Below are positions 9,255 through 17,299 of a DNA stretch of 64,000 nucleotides, in pieces; the stretch's first letter is position 1; each line of letters starts with the position of its first letter. The notes beneath the pieces were generated by a model. The model searched no databases. It was not told the origin of the DNA and saw only the letters and a program-made list of their open reading frames with translations. The DNA lies in assembly GCA_026417375.1 (NCBI GenBank), contig JAOADJ010000008.1:96640-160639 (forward strand). The letters run 5' to 3'. The stretch comes from Melioribacteraceae bacterium. Lineage in GTDB: Bacteria > Bacteroidota > Ignavibacteria > Ignavibacteriales > Melioribacteraceae. The translations under genes were made by a program, and so were the position numbers.

Positions 9255-10037
9255 ATGACTTTAAAATTTTATCAGGTTGATGCTTTTACATCAAAAGTTT
9301 TTGGTGGAAATCCCGCCGCAGTTGTTCCACTTGAAAACTGGATTGAAGATGAACTAATGCAAAAAATTGGAATGGAAAACAATTTATCTGAAACTGCTTT
9401 TTTTGTTAAAGAAAACTCAAAATATCATATCCGTTGGTTTACTCCGGTAAACGAAGTTAATTTATGTGGTCATGCAACATTAGCTTCATCTTATGTAATT
9501 TTTAATTTCATTGAAAAAGAAATTAATGAAATTGTTTTCACTTCAAAAAGTGGCGATTTAATTGTTAACCGGGAAAACTATTTGATTTCATTAAACTTTC
9601 CAATTAATCCGCCACAAAAAATTGAATTTGATGAAACAATTGAAAAAGCATTTCAGCAAAAACCAATTGAAGTATTACGCGGTGGAAACTATACACTTGT
9701 AATTTATGAAGATGAAAATTTTATTCGCAATTGCAAACCAAATTTTGAATTGGTAAAAAAAATTGATCCGCATGGAGTTATTATTTCCTCAAAAGGAAAT
9801 GAAGCAGATTTTGTAAGCAGAATGTTTGCCCCAAACGAAGGAATTGATGAAGATCCGGTTACAGGTTCTTCACATACTGTTTTGATTCCATATTGGACAG
9901 AAAAACTTAGTAAGAAAATTTTTCGTGCATTACAGGTTTCAAAACGTGGTGGCGAGTTATTTTGCGAAAACCTTGAAACCCGTGTTAAAATCTCGGGAAA
10001 TGCAGTGCTTTATGCCACGGGAAATTTATTTTTATAA
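9255..10037 (+). CDS. PhzF-family isomerase/epimerase
   Basis: VDAFT..FGGNPAAV, NLSETAF, RWFTP..EVNLCGHATLAS, EDPVTGS. Confidence 0.93.
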   Translation: MTLKFYQVDAFTSKVFGGNPAAVVPLENWIEDELMQKIGMENNLSETAFFVKENSKYHIRWFTPVNEVNLCGHATLASSYVIFNFIEKEINEIVFTSKSGDLIVNRENYLISLNFPINPPQKIEFDETIEKAFQQKPIEVLRGGNYTLVIYEDENFIRNCKPNFELVKKIDPHGVIISSKGNEADFVSRMFAPNEGIDEDPVTGSSHTVLIPYWTEKLSKKIFRALQVSKRGGELFCENLETRVKISGNAVLYATGNLFL

Positions 10038-10140
10038 AAAATTCTTGTTTTCTTAATTTTTTTTTAAATTAAAAATTAATCTCTTTTTTCTATATTTTCG
10101 ATAGAAAAAATTAGCATTTCTCTTAAGGACAGAATTTTAT

Positions 10141-11865
10141 ATGAAATTTTTTCGTGGTGTGTTAATAATATTAACTTTAGCATTTCTGTTTTCTTGCGAT
10201 GCTCCTCATTCAAATCCTGCGGATCCACAAAATCCCAATAACAAATTTGCTCAAGTTGATGGTTATGTTTTAACTTATGAACAACCACGGGTTGCAATTT
10301 CTAATGTTAAAGTAGTTTGGAAAAATCAAAACATTTTAACTTATACAGATTCAACCGGATACTTTCGGATTCAGGATGTTCAGCGAATTGATGGTAAATT
10401 GATTTTTGAAAAAGATGGATATTCAAAAGATTCATCTGTTGTAAAATGGAATAACCAAAATACCAAAAGAATAGAAACTGTATTACTTTCTTTTACTTTT
10501 GGGGATTTAGATGGATTTGTTTTAACCAACGACCAACCACAACAACCAATTTCTAAAGTTAAAGTTTATTGGAAAAATGCGAATGTCATTGCTGAAACAA
10601 ATTCAAATGGTTATTTCAAAATTGAAAATGTTCCTATTAGAAGTGGAATGATTTATTTTGAAAAGGATGGTTTTAAATCGGATTCTCTTTTAGTTGAATG
10701 GACAACTCAAAAAACCAAGCGAATTGAAAATGTTTCATTAAAATATAATGTCGGAAGTATTGATGGTTTTGTTCAAACTTCTGATTTACCAAATCAACCA
10801 ATTAATAACGTAAAAGTTTTTTGGAAAAATCAAAATGTTTTTGCTACAACAAATTCAAACGGATATTTTAAGATTGACAACGTTCCGATAAAAAGTGGAA
10901 TGATTTATTTTGAAAAAGATGGTTTTAAGAAAGATTCTCTTTTTGTTAATTGGACTAATGAAAGAAGTAAAAGAATTTCAACTGTATTTTTAGATTACAC
11001 AATTGGCTCAATTAGTGGTTCAGTTTATACAATTGCTTTTCCACGTAAACCAATTTCAAAAACAAAAATTTATTGGAAAAACAACAACATAATAACAGAA
11101 ACAGATGCTTCGGGAAATTTTAGCATAAATAATATTCCAACTCAAAACGGTTTTATTTACTTTGATAAATCAGGTTATTCACCCGATTCTGCTTTTGTTA
11201 ATTGGGGTGGAAAAAACTCAGTTCGCGTAGAAAGTTTTTTAAACGCAAATCCACAATTGGATTCTCTTTCAATCTATACAATTGTTGAAAATCGTTATCC
11301 GGATATTCAGCGCTATCGTTTACAAATAAATGCAAAAATTTCCGATGCGGAAATAAATGATATTCAACTGGTTTATGTTAATAACAATAATTTAAAAATT
11401 AATTCTCAACTCATCTATAATAACGCAACAAGATTTTATGAGAGATTATTCGAACTATCAGATTTAAACATTGCTTCAATGGATGAAGCAATAGGTGAAA
11501 ATTTTAATATTATTGTTCGTGACCAATCATCAAAATTATTTAATGTCGGTTCTTCTACTATTAAAAGAATTATCCGTCAGGAAGTTGTAATTGAAAGTCC
11601 AATTGATAGATCAACAACAACATCAAAACCAACTTTAAAATGGAAAAGATATTTACCCGGTTTTAATTTCAAATATTTAATTCAGATCTACACAGATGAA
11701 GTTTCTCCAATATTAATTTGGCAAAAAGAAAATGTTTCTAAAGATGAAATCGAAATAACTCCAAATATAAATTTACCTATTGGAGATTACTTCTGGGTTA
11801 TTTGGGTTATAGATGATTTTGGTGATCGTTGCAGAACCAAACCAGCAACATTTACAGTGAAATAA
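10141..11865 (+). CDS. Lipoprotein with four tandem carboxypeptidase-regulatory-like (CnaB-type) beta-sandwich repeats
   Basis: Lipobox LFSC; four 84-aa repeats at an exact 252-nt period (10258, 10510, 10762, 11014), each DG.V...PI..VKV.WKN....T.S.GYF.I..V......FEK.G...DS. Confidence 0.8.
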   Translation: MKFFRGVLIILTLAFLFSCDAPHSNPADPQNPNNKFAQVDGYVLTYEQPRVAISNVKVVWKNQNILTYTDSTGYFRIQDVQRIDGKLIFEKDGYSKDSSVVKWNNQNTKRIETVLLSFTFGDLDGFVLTNDQPQQPISKVKVYWKNANVIAETNSNGYFKIENVPIRSGMIYFEKDGFKSDSLLVEWTTQKTKRIENVSLKYNVGSIDGFVQTSDLPNQPINNVKVFWKNQNVFATTNSNGYFKIDNVPIKSGMIYFEKDGFKKDSLFVNWTNERSKRISTVFLDYTIGSISGSVYTIAFPRKPISKTKIYWKNNNIITETDASGNFSINNIPTQNGFIYFDKSGYSPDSAFVNWGGKNSVRVESFLNANPQLDSLSIYTIVENRYPDIQRYRLQINAKISDAEINDIQLVYVNNNNLKINSQLIYNNATRFYERLFELSDLNIASMDEAIGENFNIIVRDQSSKLFNVGSSTIKRIIRQEVVIESPIDRSTTTSKPTLKWKRYLPGFNFKYLIQIYTDEVSPILIWQKENVSKDEIEITPNINLPIGDYFWVIWVIDDFGDRCRTKPATFTVK

Positions 11866-11869
11866 TTTT

Positions 11870-13360
11870 ATGAAAAACTTTTTTGTTGAAAATATTAATC
11901 ACATAAAAAATTTATCCAAAAATGAATTCGAATCGTTATATGAATTCACTCAAATGTTAAATACAGCAAGTGGGGAAGAAACTTTAATTGAAGATGCGAT
12001 GGATATTGTAATTAATGTAATAAATGCTGAGCGTGGTTTGTTCGTAAAGTATGATGATAAAACAGATTCTTTTTCAATAATTAGTGCAAGAAAAATCTCT
12101 AACGAAAGCATTACCGATTTAAATGAATTTTCATCCGGCATTCTTCAAAAAGTTTTAAAAGAAAAAAAACCACTTCTTTATCACGATGTAATGAGTGACC
12201 CAAATTTATCACAATTTCAAAGTGTCCAAATTCACAGAATAAAATCTGTAATTGGTGTTCCTATTATTCGTGATGATAAAGTTTGGGGAATTATTATTGC
12301 AGATAGCCAACTTGACCGACGTGAATTTACAGATGAAAATCTTCTATTCCTGAATTTCTTTTCTAACTTAATTTCACTTGCATTAGATAGAATTATAAAA
12401 CTTCAAGAGCTTGAAAAAGAAAACAAAATTCTTTTCAATAAACTTCAATCTACTGAACAAATTCCGGAAATGATTGGCAACAGCCCTGTAATGAGAAATT
12501 TATCTCAACTTATTTATAAAGTTGCTCAAACCGATGCAACAGTGTTAATTACAGGAGAAAGTGGAACAGGTAAAGAAATTGCTGCAAGAGCAATTCATCA
12601 GTTAAGTAAAAGAAAAAACAAACCATACCTTGCACAATTTTGTGGTTCAATTCCGGATAACCTTCTTGAAAGTGAATTGTTCGGATATAAAAAAGGAGCA
12701 TTCACCGGCGCAAATACTGATAAGCAAGGATTACTGGAAGCTGCAGATCAAGGCACTTTTTTTCTTGATGAAATTGCTGATATTTCACAAGCGCTTCAGG
12801 CAAAACTATTACGTGTTTTAGAGAATAAAGAAATCATACGGCTTGGCGATGTAAAAGTTAAAAAAGTTGATGTAAGAATATTAGCCGCAACAAATAAAGA
12901 TCTTCAACAATTAGTTAAAGAAGGTACTTTCCGCGAAGATTTATTTTATCGTTTAAATGTTTTCCCAATTAAAATGCCACCTCTTCGTGAAAGAAGAGAT
13001 GATATTCCATTGCTTGCAAGTCACTTTGTTAAAAAAATTTCTGGAAAAGATATTTCAATTGATACTTCTGCAATTAAAAAATTAGAAAGTTATTATTGGC
13101 CCGGAAACATCCGACAATTAATTAATGTAATTCAAAGAGCTATTATTCTTTGCGATACCAATAAAATATATGCTGAACAAATTATACTTGAAGATGAACA
13201 AAGTTTAGAAAATTTCAACGGCACACTCGAAGAATTTGAAATTCTTTTACTTAAAAAAAGATTGGAACAGTTTAACGGTAATAGAACTTTAACAGCAAAA
13301 TCTCTTGATGTTTCTGTAAGATGGATTCAACTAAAACTTAAAGAACTAGGCATTCAATGA
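11870..13360 (+). CDS. GAF-domain sigma-54 enhancer-binding protein (GAF-AAA+-Fis HTH)
   Basis: N-terminal GAF; Walker A GESGTGKE; GAFTGA; Walker B FLDEI; FREDLFYRLNV; WPGNIRQL; HTH FNGNRTLTAKSLDVS. No receiver domain. Confidence 0.95.
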   Translation: MKNFFVENINHIKNLSKNEFESLYEFTQMLNTASGEETLIEDAMDIVINVINAERGLFVKYDDKTDSFSIISARKISNESITDLNEFSSGILQKVLKEKKPLLYHDVMSDPNLSQFQSVQIHRIKSVIGVPIIRDDKVWGIIIADSQLDRREFTDENLLFLNFFSNLISLALDRIIKLQELEKENKILFNKLQSTEQIPEMIGNSPVMRNLSQLIYKVAQTDATVLITGESGTGKEIAARAIHQLSKRKNKPYLAQFCGSIPDNLLESELFGYKKGAFTGANTDKQGLLEAADQGTFFLDEIADISQALQAKLLRVLENKEIIRLGDVKVKKVDVRILAATNKDLQQLVKEGTFREDLFYRLNVFPIKMPPLRERRDDIPLLASHFVKKISGKDISIDTSAIKKLESYYWPGNIRQLINVIQRAIILCDTNKIYAEQIILEDEQSLENFNGTLEEFEILLLKKRLEQFNGNRTLTAKSLDVSVRWIQLKLKELGIQ

Positions 13361-14940
13361 TTTCCGGTTTAAGTCAAGAAATATTATTTGAAAAATTTCA
13401 GATTATTGAAGTACTTAAAAAAGATGAACACGCCGCTGTTTTCCTTGCTAATCATATTTATTTAAGCAAAAAAATTATTCTCAAAGTTTTAAACACTCAA
13501 AAAATTTCTGATAACGCTTTAGTTGAAAGATTTAAAAGAGAAGCAAAAATTTTAGCTCAGCTCGATAGCTCATATATTATCAAAGTTTTAGACTTCGGTA
13601 CTTTTCAGGAATATTTCTACATCTCATTCGAATATATTGAAGGATTATCTTTAAGAAATTTGTTAAAACAAACCGAATTGACTTTTGACCAGAAAAAACA
13701 TTTAATGATTCAACTTTTGAAAGGTTTACACTACGCTCACTCAAATCAAATAATTCATAGAGATATTAAACCTGAAAACATTTTTGTTGATAATTCTCTC
13801 AACCTAAAAATTGGTGATTTTGGTTTGGCGCTTTCTTCCGAAGATAATTTTGTGACCAATCCTTATTCAATTGTTGGAACACCAAGTTATATGAGCCCGG
13901 AACAGGTTCGTGGTGCAAAATTAAATCCTCAATCGGATTTGTTTTCTGCCGGTGTTGTTTTAGTTGAATTATTCACTGGTAAAAATCCTTTCCTAAAAGA
14001 AAACGTAAGTCTTACCTTAAACGAAATCATGTCCTATGATGAATCTATAATTTTAAACGATGCAGATGATCTACCTCAGGAAATAAAAGATGTACTTTTT
14101 AATTTATTAAGAAAAAATTTAAAAGATAGATACAATTCTGCAATTGATGTTCTTAAAGATTTAGGTGTTTCATTAGATCAACCTTCCTTGGTAATTACTA
14201 AGGAAAATAAAAAAGAAAGTTTAAAGAGATGGAGAACTTTTGCTTCCCTTTTTACTGTGATAATAATAATACTTTTTTATTATGCATTAACAACCATTGA
14301 TAAATTAAAATCAACATCAACCGAAAATTTTCCAATAACCAATCAAGATAATTCCAAAAACGAACCGGCAAAAAATGAAATTGCTTCTAAAAACCCACAA
14401 CCAGAAAATATTAACTTAGAAAATCTTGATAAGCCATTAATTGAAAACAAGAATGAAATAACAACCGAAAAAAAACAAAATGATAGTTCAAATGAATTGG
14501 CAACAACAAAAAAATTAGGTTATGGTTGGTTAGATATTCGCGGGACTCTTGGTACAAGAATTTATATTAATGGAGAAGATTTTGATGTAGATCCAATCAA
14601 ACCAATTTCATTACAAGAAGGGGAATACATTATTAAATATGAAAATCCTGATTATCCGCCTCATTCTCAAAAGATAAATATTATTGCTGGTCAGGCAACA
14701 AAAATACGATTCAACTTAGATCAACAAATTGGATTCATAAATTTTGATATTCGTCCATTTGGAAAAATATTTATAAATGAAGTTTTGAAAGGGGAAACTC
14801 CTCCGCCACTGAAAATGATTAAAGTAAATCCCGGATTTGTAAGAGTATCACTAAAAAACCCAAATTATAAAGATGTTGATACATTGTTAAAAATTGAAAA
14901 AGGGGATACGATTAATTTTATTTATAAGTTTAAAAAATGA
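13357..14940 (+). CDS. Membrane-anchored Hanks-type Ser/Thr kinase with C-terminal PEGA-like domains
   Basis: ILKVL, RFKREA, HRDIKPEN, DFG, GTPSYMSPE; one TM helix (FASLFTVIIIILFYYAL); C-terminal IYING/IFINE..GETP PEGA-like repeats. ATGA overlap with the activator gene. Confidence 0.92.
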   Translation: MISGLSQEILFEKFQIIEVLKKDEHAAVFLANHIYLSKKIILKVLNTQKISDNALVERFKREAKILAQLDSSYIIKVLDFGTFQEYFYISFEYIEGLSLRNLLKQTELTFDQKKHLMIQLLKGLHYAHSNQIIHRDIKPENIFVDNSLNLKIGDFGLALSSEDNFVTNPYSIVGTPSYMSPEQVRGAKLNPQSDLFSAGVVLVELFTGKNPFLKENVSLTLNEIMSYDESIILNDADDLPQEIKDVLFNLLRKNLKDRYNSAIDVLKDLGVSLDQPSLVITKENKKESLKRWRTFASLFTVIIIILFYYALTTIDKLKSTSTENFPITNQDNSKNEPAKNEIASKNPQPENINLENLDKPLIENKNEITTEKKQNDSSNELATTKKLGYGWLDIRGTLGTRIYINGEDFDVDPIKPISLQEGEYIIKYENPDYPPHSQKINIIAGQATKIRFNLDQQIGFINFDIRPFGKIFINEVLKGETPPPLKMIKVNPGFVRVSLKNPNYKDVDTLLKIEKGDTINFIYKFKK

Positions 14941-14977
14941 TTGGTACAATACTTGAACCAATCTTTATGAGTTTATT

Positions 14978-16249
14978 ATGAAAAATAAAATATTAATTGT
15001 TGTTTTATTTGCGAGTGGTATTTTGCTTGCACAACCTAGCTGGATAGTTAAGCTAAATAAAATGCCCTATCCGGTAAGCGGCGGGCAAGTTGTTTATGAC
15101 CCCTCTCCGCAAAGCACTAAAGTTTACATATTTGGTGGTTATTCAGATTCACTTCAACAAGCTGTTGACTGGATTCAGGAATATGATGTTGAAAAAGATC
15201 AATGGCGTATTGTTGGCAAAATGAATCAACCGAGACAGCAATTTGTTGCGGACTTATGGCAAAACAATGTTTTATTTTTTGGTGGAACTGTTGATTCTTC
15301 AAAACAAAAAAACACAATGGAAAGTTGGAATTTTCAACCATTCACACAAACCAAAGTTGTTGATGATAATGCCAATTTTGGAAGAGCTTATTCAACAGGT
15401 CACATTATTAACGATGATCTTTATATAATTGGTGGAACTCCATCCGGAATTTCTTCAACACAACTACCATATATTACTGCCTATAATCTTAAAACAAAAG
15501 AAACCAAAATTAAATATGACTTCACTTCCGAAGATAAACCAAGAAACAGAAGTACATTTATAGTCGGGGATAATATTTACATTTTCGGTGGCTTTACAAA
15601 TGGTGTAACTGAAAGAATTCAGAAGTTTAATATAACAACCCAAAAGCTTACAGATTTACAAGAACGATTATTAACACCACGTGGTGATGCTGCGGGAATT
15701 TATAATCCTACTTATAAAAAAGGATACATTATTGGTGGGAGAAATGAAAACAGTGCTGCTCTTTCATCTGTTGAAGTAATAATGCTGAAAAATGATGGAA
15801 CTTTGAAAATTGAAGAATCTGCTAAACTAAATTATGCGCGTACAAATTTGATGGTTGTAAATTATCGTGGTGCAATTGCTGTTTTTGGTGGTAAGGATAT
15901 TAAAGGAAAAGTCGTTCCTTATGTAGAAATCCTAATAGGAGAAACTGTAAATATTAACAATGAAAAACTTCCTTCTTCTTTTTATCTTAGTCAAAATTAC
16001 CCGAATCCATTCAATCCCGAAACAATAATTGATTATCATGTTTCATTTGAAAGCAGAGTAGTTTTAAAAGTATATGATATATTAGGAAACGAAATTACCA
16101 CGCTTGTAAATGAGGAAAAAAATCCGGGTGTTTATCACACAATTTTTAACGCAAAAGATTTACCAAGCGGAATTTATATTTATAAAATTTCTATTTCTGG
16201 TAAATTTGGAAATTATTTTCAAACAAAGAAAATGACATTAATTAAATGA
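14978..16249 (+). CDS. Kelch-repeat beta-propeller protein with T9SS C-terminal sorting domain
   Basis: Signal peptide; repeated YIFGG/YIIGG Kelch motifs; C-terminal LSQNYPNPFNPETII...YDILG...K.MTLIK. Confidence 0.9.
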   Translation: MKNKILIVVLFASGILLAQPSWIVKLNKMPYPVSGGQVVYDPSPQSTKVYIFGGYSDSLQQAVDWIQEYDVEKDQWRIVGKMNQPRQQFVADLWQNNVLFFGGTVDSSKQKNTMESWNFQPFTQTKVVDDNANFGRAYSTGHIINDDLYIIGGTPSGISSTQLPYITAYNLKTKETKIKYDFTSEDKPRNRSTFIVGDNIYIFGGFTNGVTERIQKFNITTQKLTDLQERLLTPRGDAAGIYNPTYKKGYIIGGRNENSAALSSVEVIMLKNDGTLKIEESAKLNYARTNLMVVNYRGAIAVFGGKDIKGKVVPYVEILIGETVNINNEKLPSSFYLSQNYPNPFNPETIIDYHVSFESRVVLKVYDILGNEITTLVNEEKNPGVYHTIFNAKDLPSGIYIYKISISGKFGNYFQTKKMTLIK

Positions 16250-17043
16250 TAAAAAAATTTTTCTTTTCATTTTTTCTTACAACAATTTTATTTGCTCAAA
16301 CAAATAGTTTGTTAGAAGTTAAAAAACTTTATGAAGATTACGAATATGAAAAAGTTATTCAAACTTCTAATGTTTTATTAAACGATGAGCAGTTTCCGGA
16401 TTCATTAAAAATTGATTTATATTTTATGCGGGCTGTCTCTTTCTTTGCTATTGGAAATGAAAATTTATCCAAAACAAATTTTGAAAATTTATTAAAGCTA
16501 AATAAAAACTACATTCTTGATACATCAAAGCTTTCTCCCAAAATAATCAACTTTTTTGATGAAGTTAAAAAAGAATATCTAAAGAAAGAGGAAGAAAAAA
16601 TTTACTCGCCAGAAAACCTGGAAAAATTAAAACAGTTAGCCCAAGAAAGAGAAAATGAACTGAAATATTCCGTTTTAAAAAATATTTTTCTGCCGGGATG
16701 GGGACAAGTTTCTCTCAACAATCAAAATAAAGGTTACGCTTTAATAGGACTTTCAATTTCAAATTTAGTTGCAGCTTTTTATTATATATATGATACTAAC
16801 AAAAAAGAAAATGATTACCTCTCCGAAATTGAAAAAACTTTAATTCCTCTAAAATATTCACGTTATAACGATTCATACAAAAAGAGAAATGTACTATTAA
16901 GTACTTTTGCATTTATTTGGCTTTACTCTCAGCTAGATTTGTTATTAAATGAAAAATACAAAGTTCAACAAAACTTACCTGAAATTAATTTGATATACGA
17001 TAGTAATAAAAATTATAAACTAAATTTTCTTTTAAGATTTTGA
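16246..17043 (+). CDS. Exported protein with TPR-like N-terminus and hydrophobic C-terminal region (FLPGWGQ motif)
   Basis: Signal peptide LLFAQ; helical N-terminal half; KNIFLPGWGQV followed by hydrophobic segments; overlaps the upstream stop codon. Confidence 0.65.
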   Translation: MIKKFFFSFFLTTILFAQTNSLLEVKKLYEDYEYEKVIQTSNVLLNDEQFPDSLKIDLYFMRAVSFFAIGNENLSKTNFENLLKLNKNYILDTSKLSPKIINFFDEVKKEYLKKEEEKIYSPENLEKLKQLAQERENELKYSVLKNIFLPGWGQVSLNNQNKGYALIGLSISNLVAAFYYIYDTNKKENDYLSEIEKTLIPLKYSRYNDSYKKRNVLLSTFAFIWLYSQLDLLLNEKYKVQQNLPEINLIYDSNKNYKLNFLLRF

Positions 17044-17078
17044 GTGAATATCCTTCGTTTCGGGCGAAAATTTTTCGC
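17044..17078. promoter_or_regulatory. Candidate tandem upstream activator sequences for a sigma-54 activator
   Basis: GTGAA-TATCC-TTCGT (17044-17058) and perfect dyad GCGAA-AATTT-TTCGC (17064-17078); centres 20 bp apart and about 120-140 bp upstream of the predicted start site. Confidence 0.55.
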
Positions 17079-17163
17079 ACCATTTTGAATTTGTTTTTAA
17101 ATAGAATCAATTAAATTCTTTGTTTTTAATCAATTAACTTAATAAAATAATTGGTTAATAAAA

Positions 17164-17179
17164 TGGCACAATCATTGAA
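17164..17179 (+). promoter_or_regulatory. Sigma-54 (-24/-12) promoter
   Basis: TGGCAC-AATCA-TTGAA versus consensus TGGCAC-N5-TTGCW; GG at 17165-17166, correct spacing, -12 base is A instead of C; AT-rich tract between it and the dyads. Confidence 0.65.
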
Positions 17180-17189
17180 ACAATAAATG

Positions 17190-17268
17190 CACACACACAC
17201 AACGGACTCCGTCCTTAAGATTGGCGAAGGGTAAAAAGTTTAAGATGTTCCTTCGCCTTCTTTTTTTT
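17190..17268 (+). ncRNA. Candidate ~80-nt sigma-54-dependent small RNA
   Basis: Begins 12 nt after the -12 element with (CA)6, then a short GGAC/GTCC or ACGG/CCGT hairpin, then GGCGAAGG (17223-17230)/CCTTCGCC (17250-17257) stem followed by TTC and T8. No plus-strand gene follows. Confidence 0.5.
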
Positions 17269-17299
17269 AAAGAATTTTTTTAATGAGTTAATTTTTTTG

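Noticed and set aside
10084-10110. 10-bp dyad TTTTTTCTAT/ATAGAAAAAA upstream of the signalling operon
   Set aside because: Low-complexity A/T sequence, unrelated to the downstream GCGAA-N5-TTCGC dyads; cannot be distinguished from chance or a weak terminator.
17187-17234. 15-aa ORF MHTHTTDSVLKIGEG overlapping the candidate sRNA
   Set aside because: No ribosome site, and the ATG lies just upstream of the predicted start at ~17190; only viable if the start is a few bases earlier and translation is leaderless.
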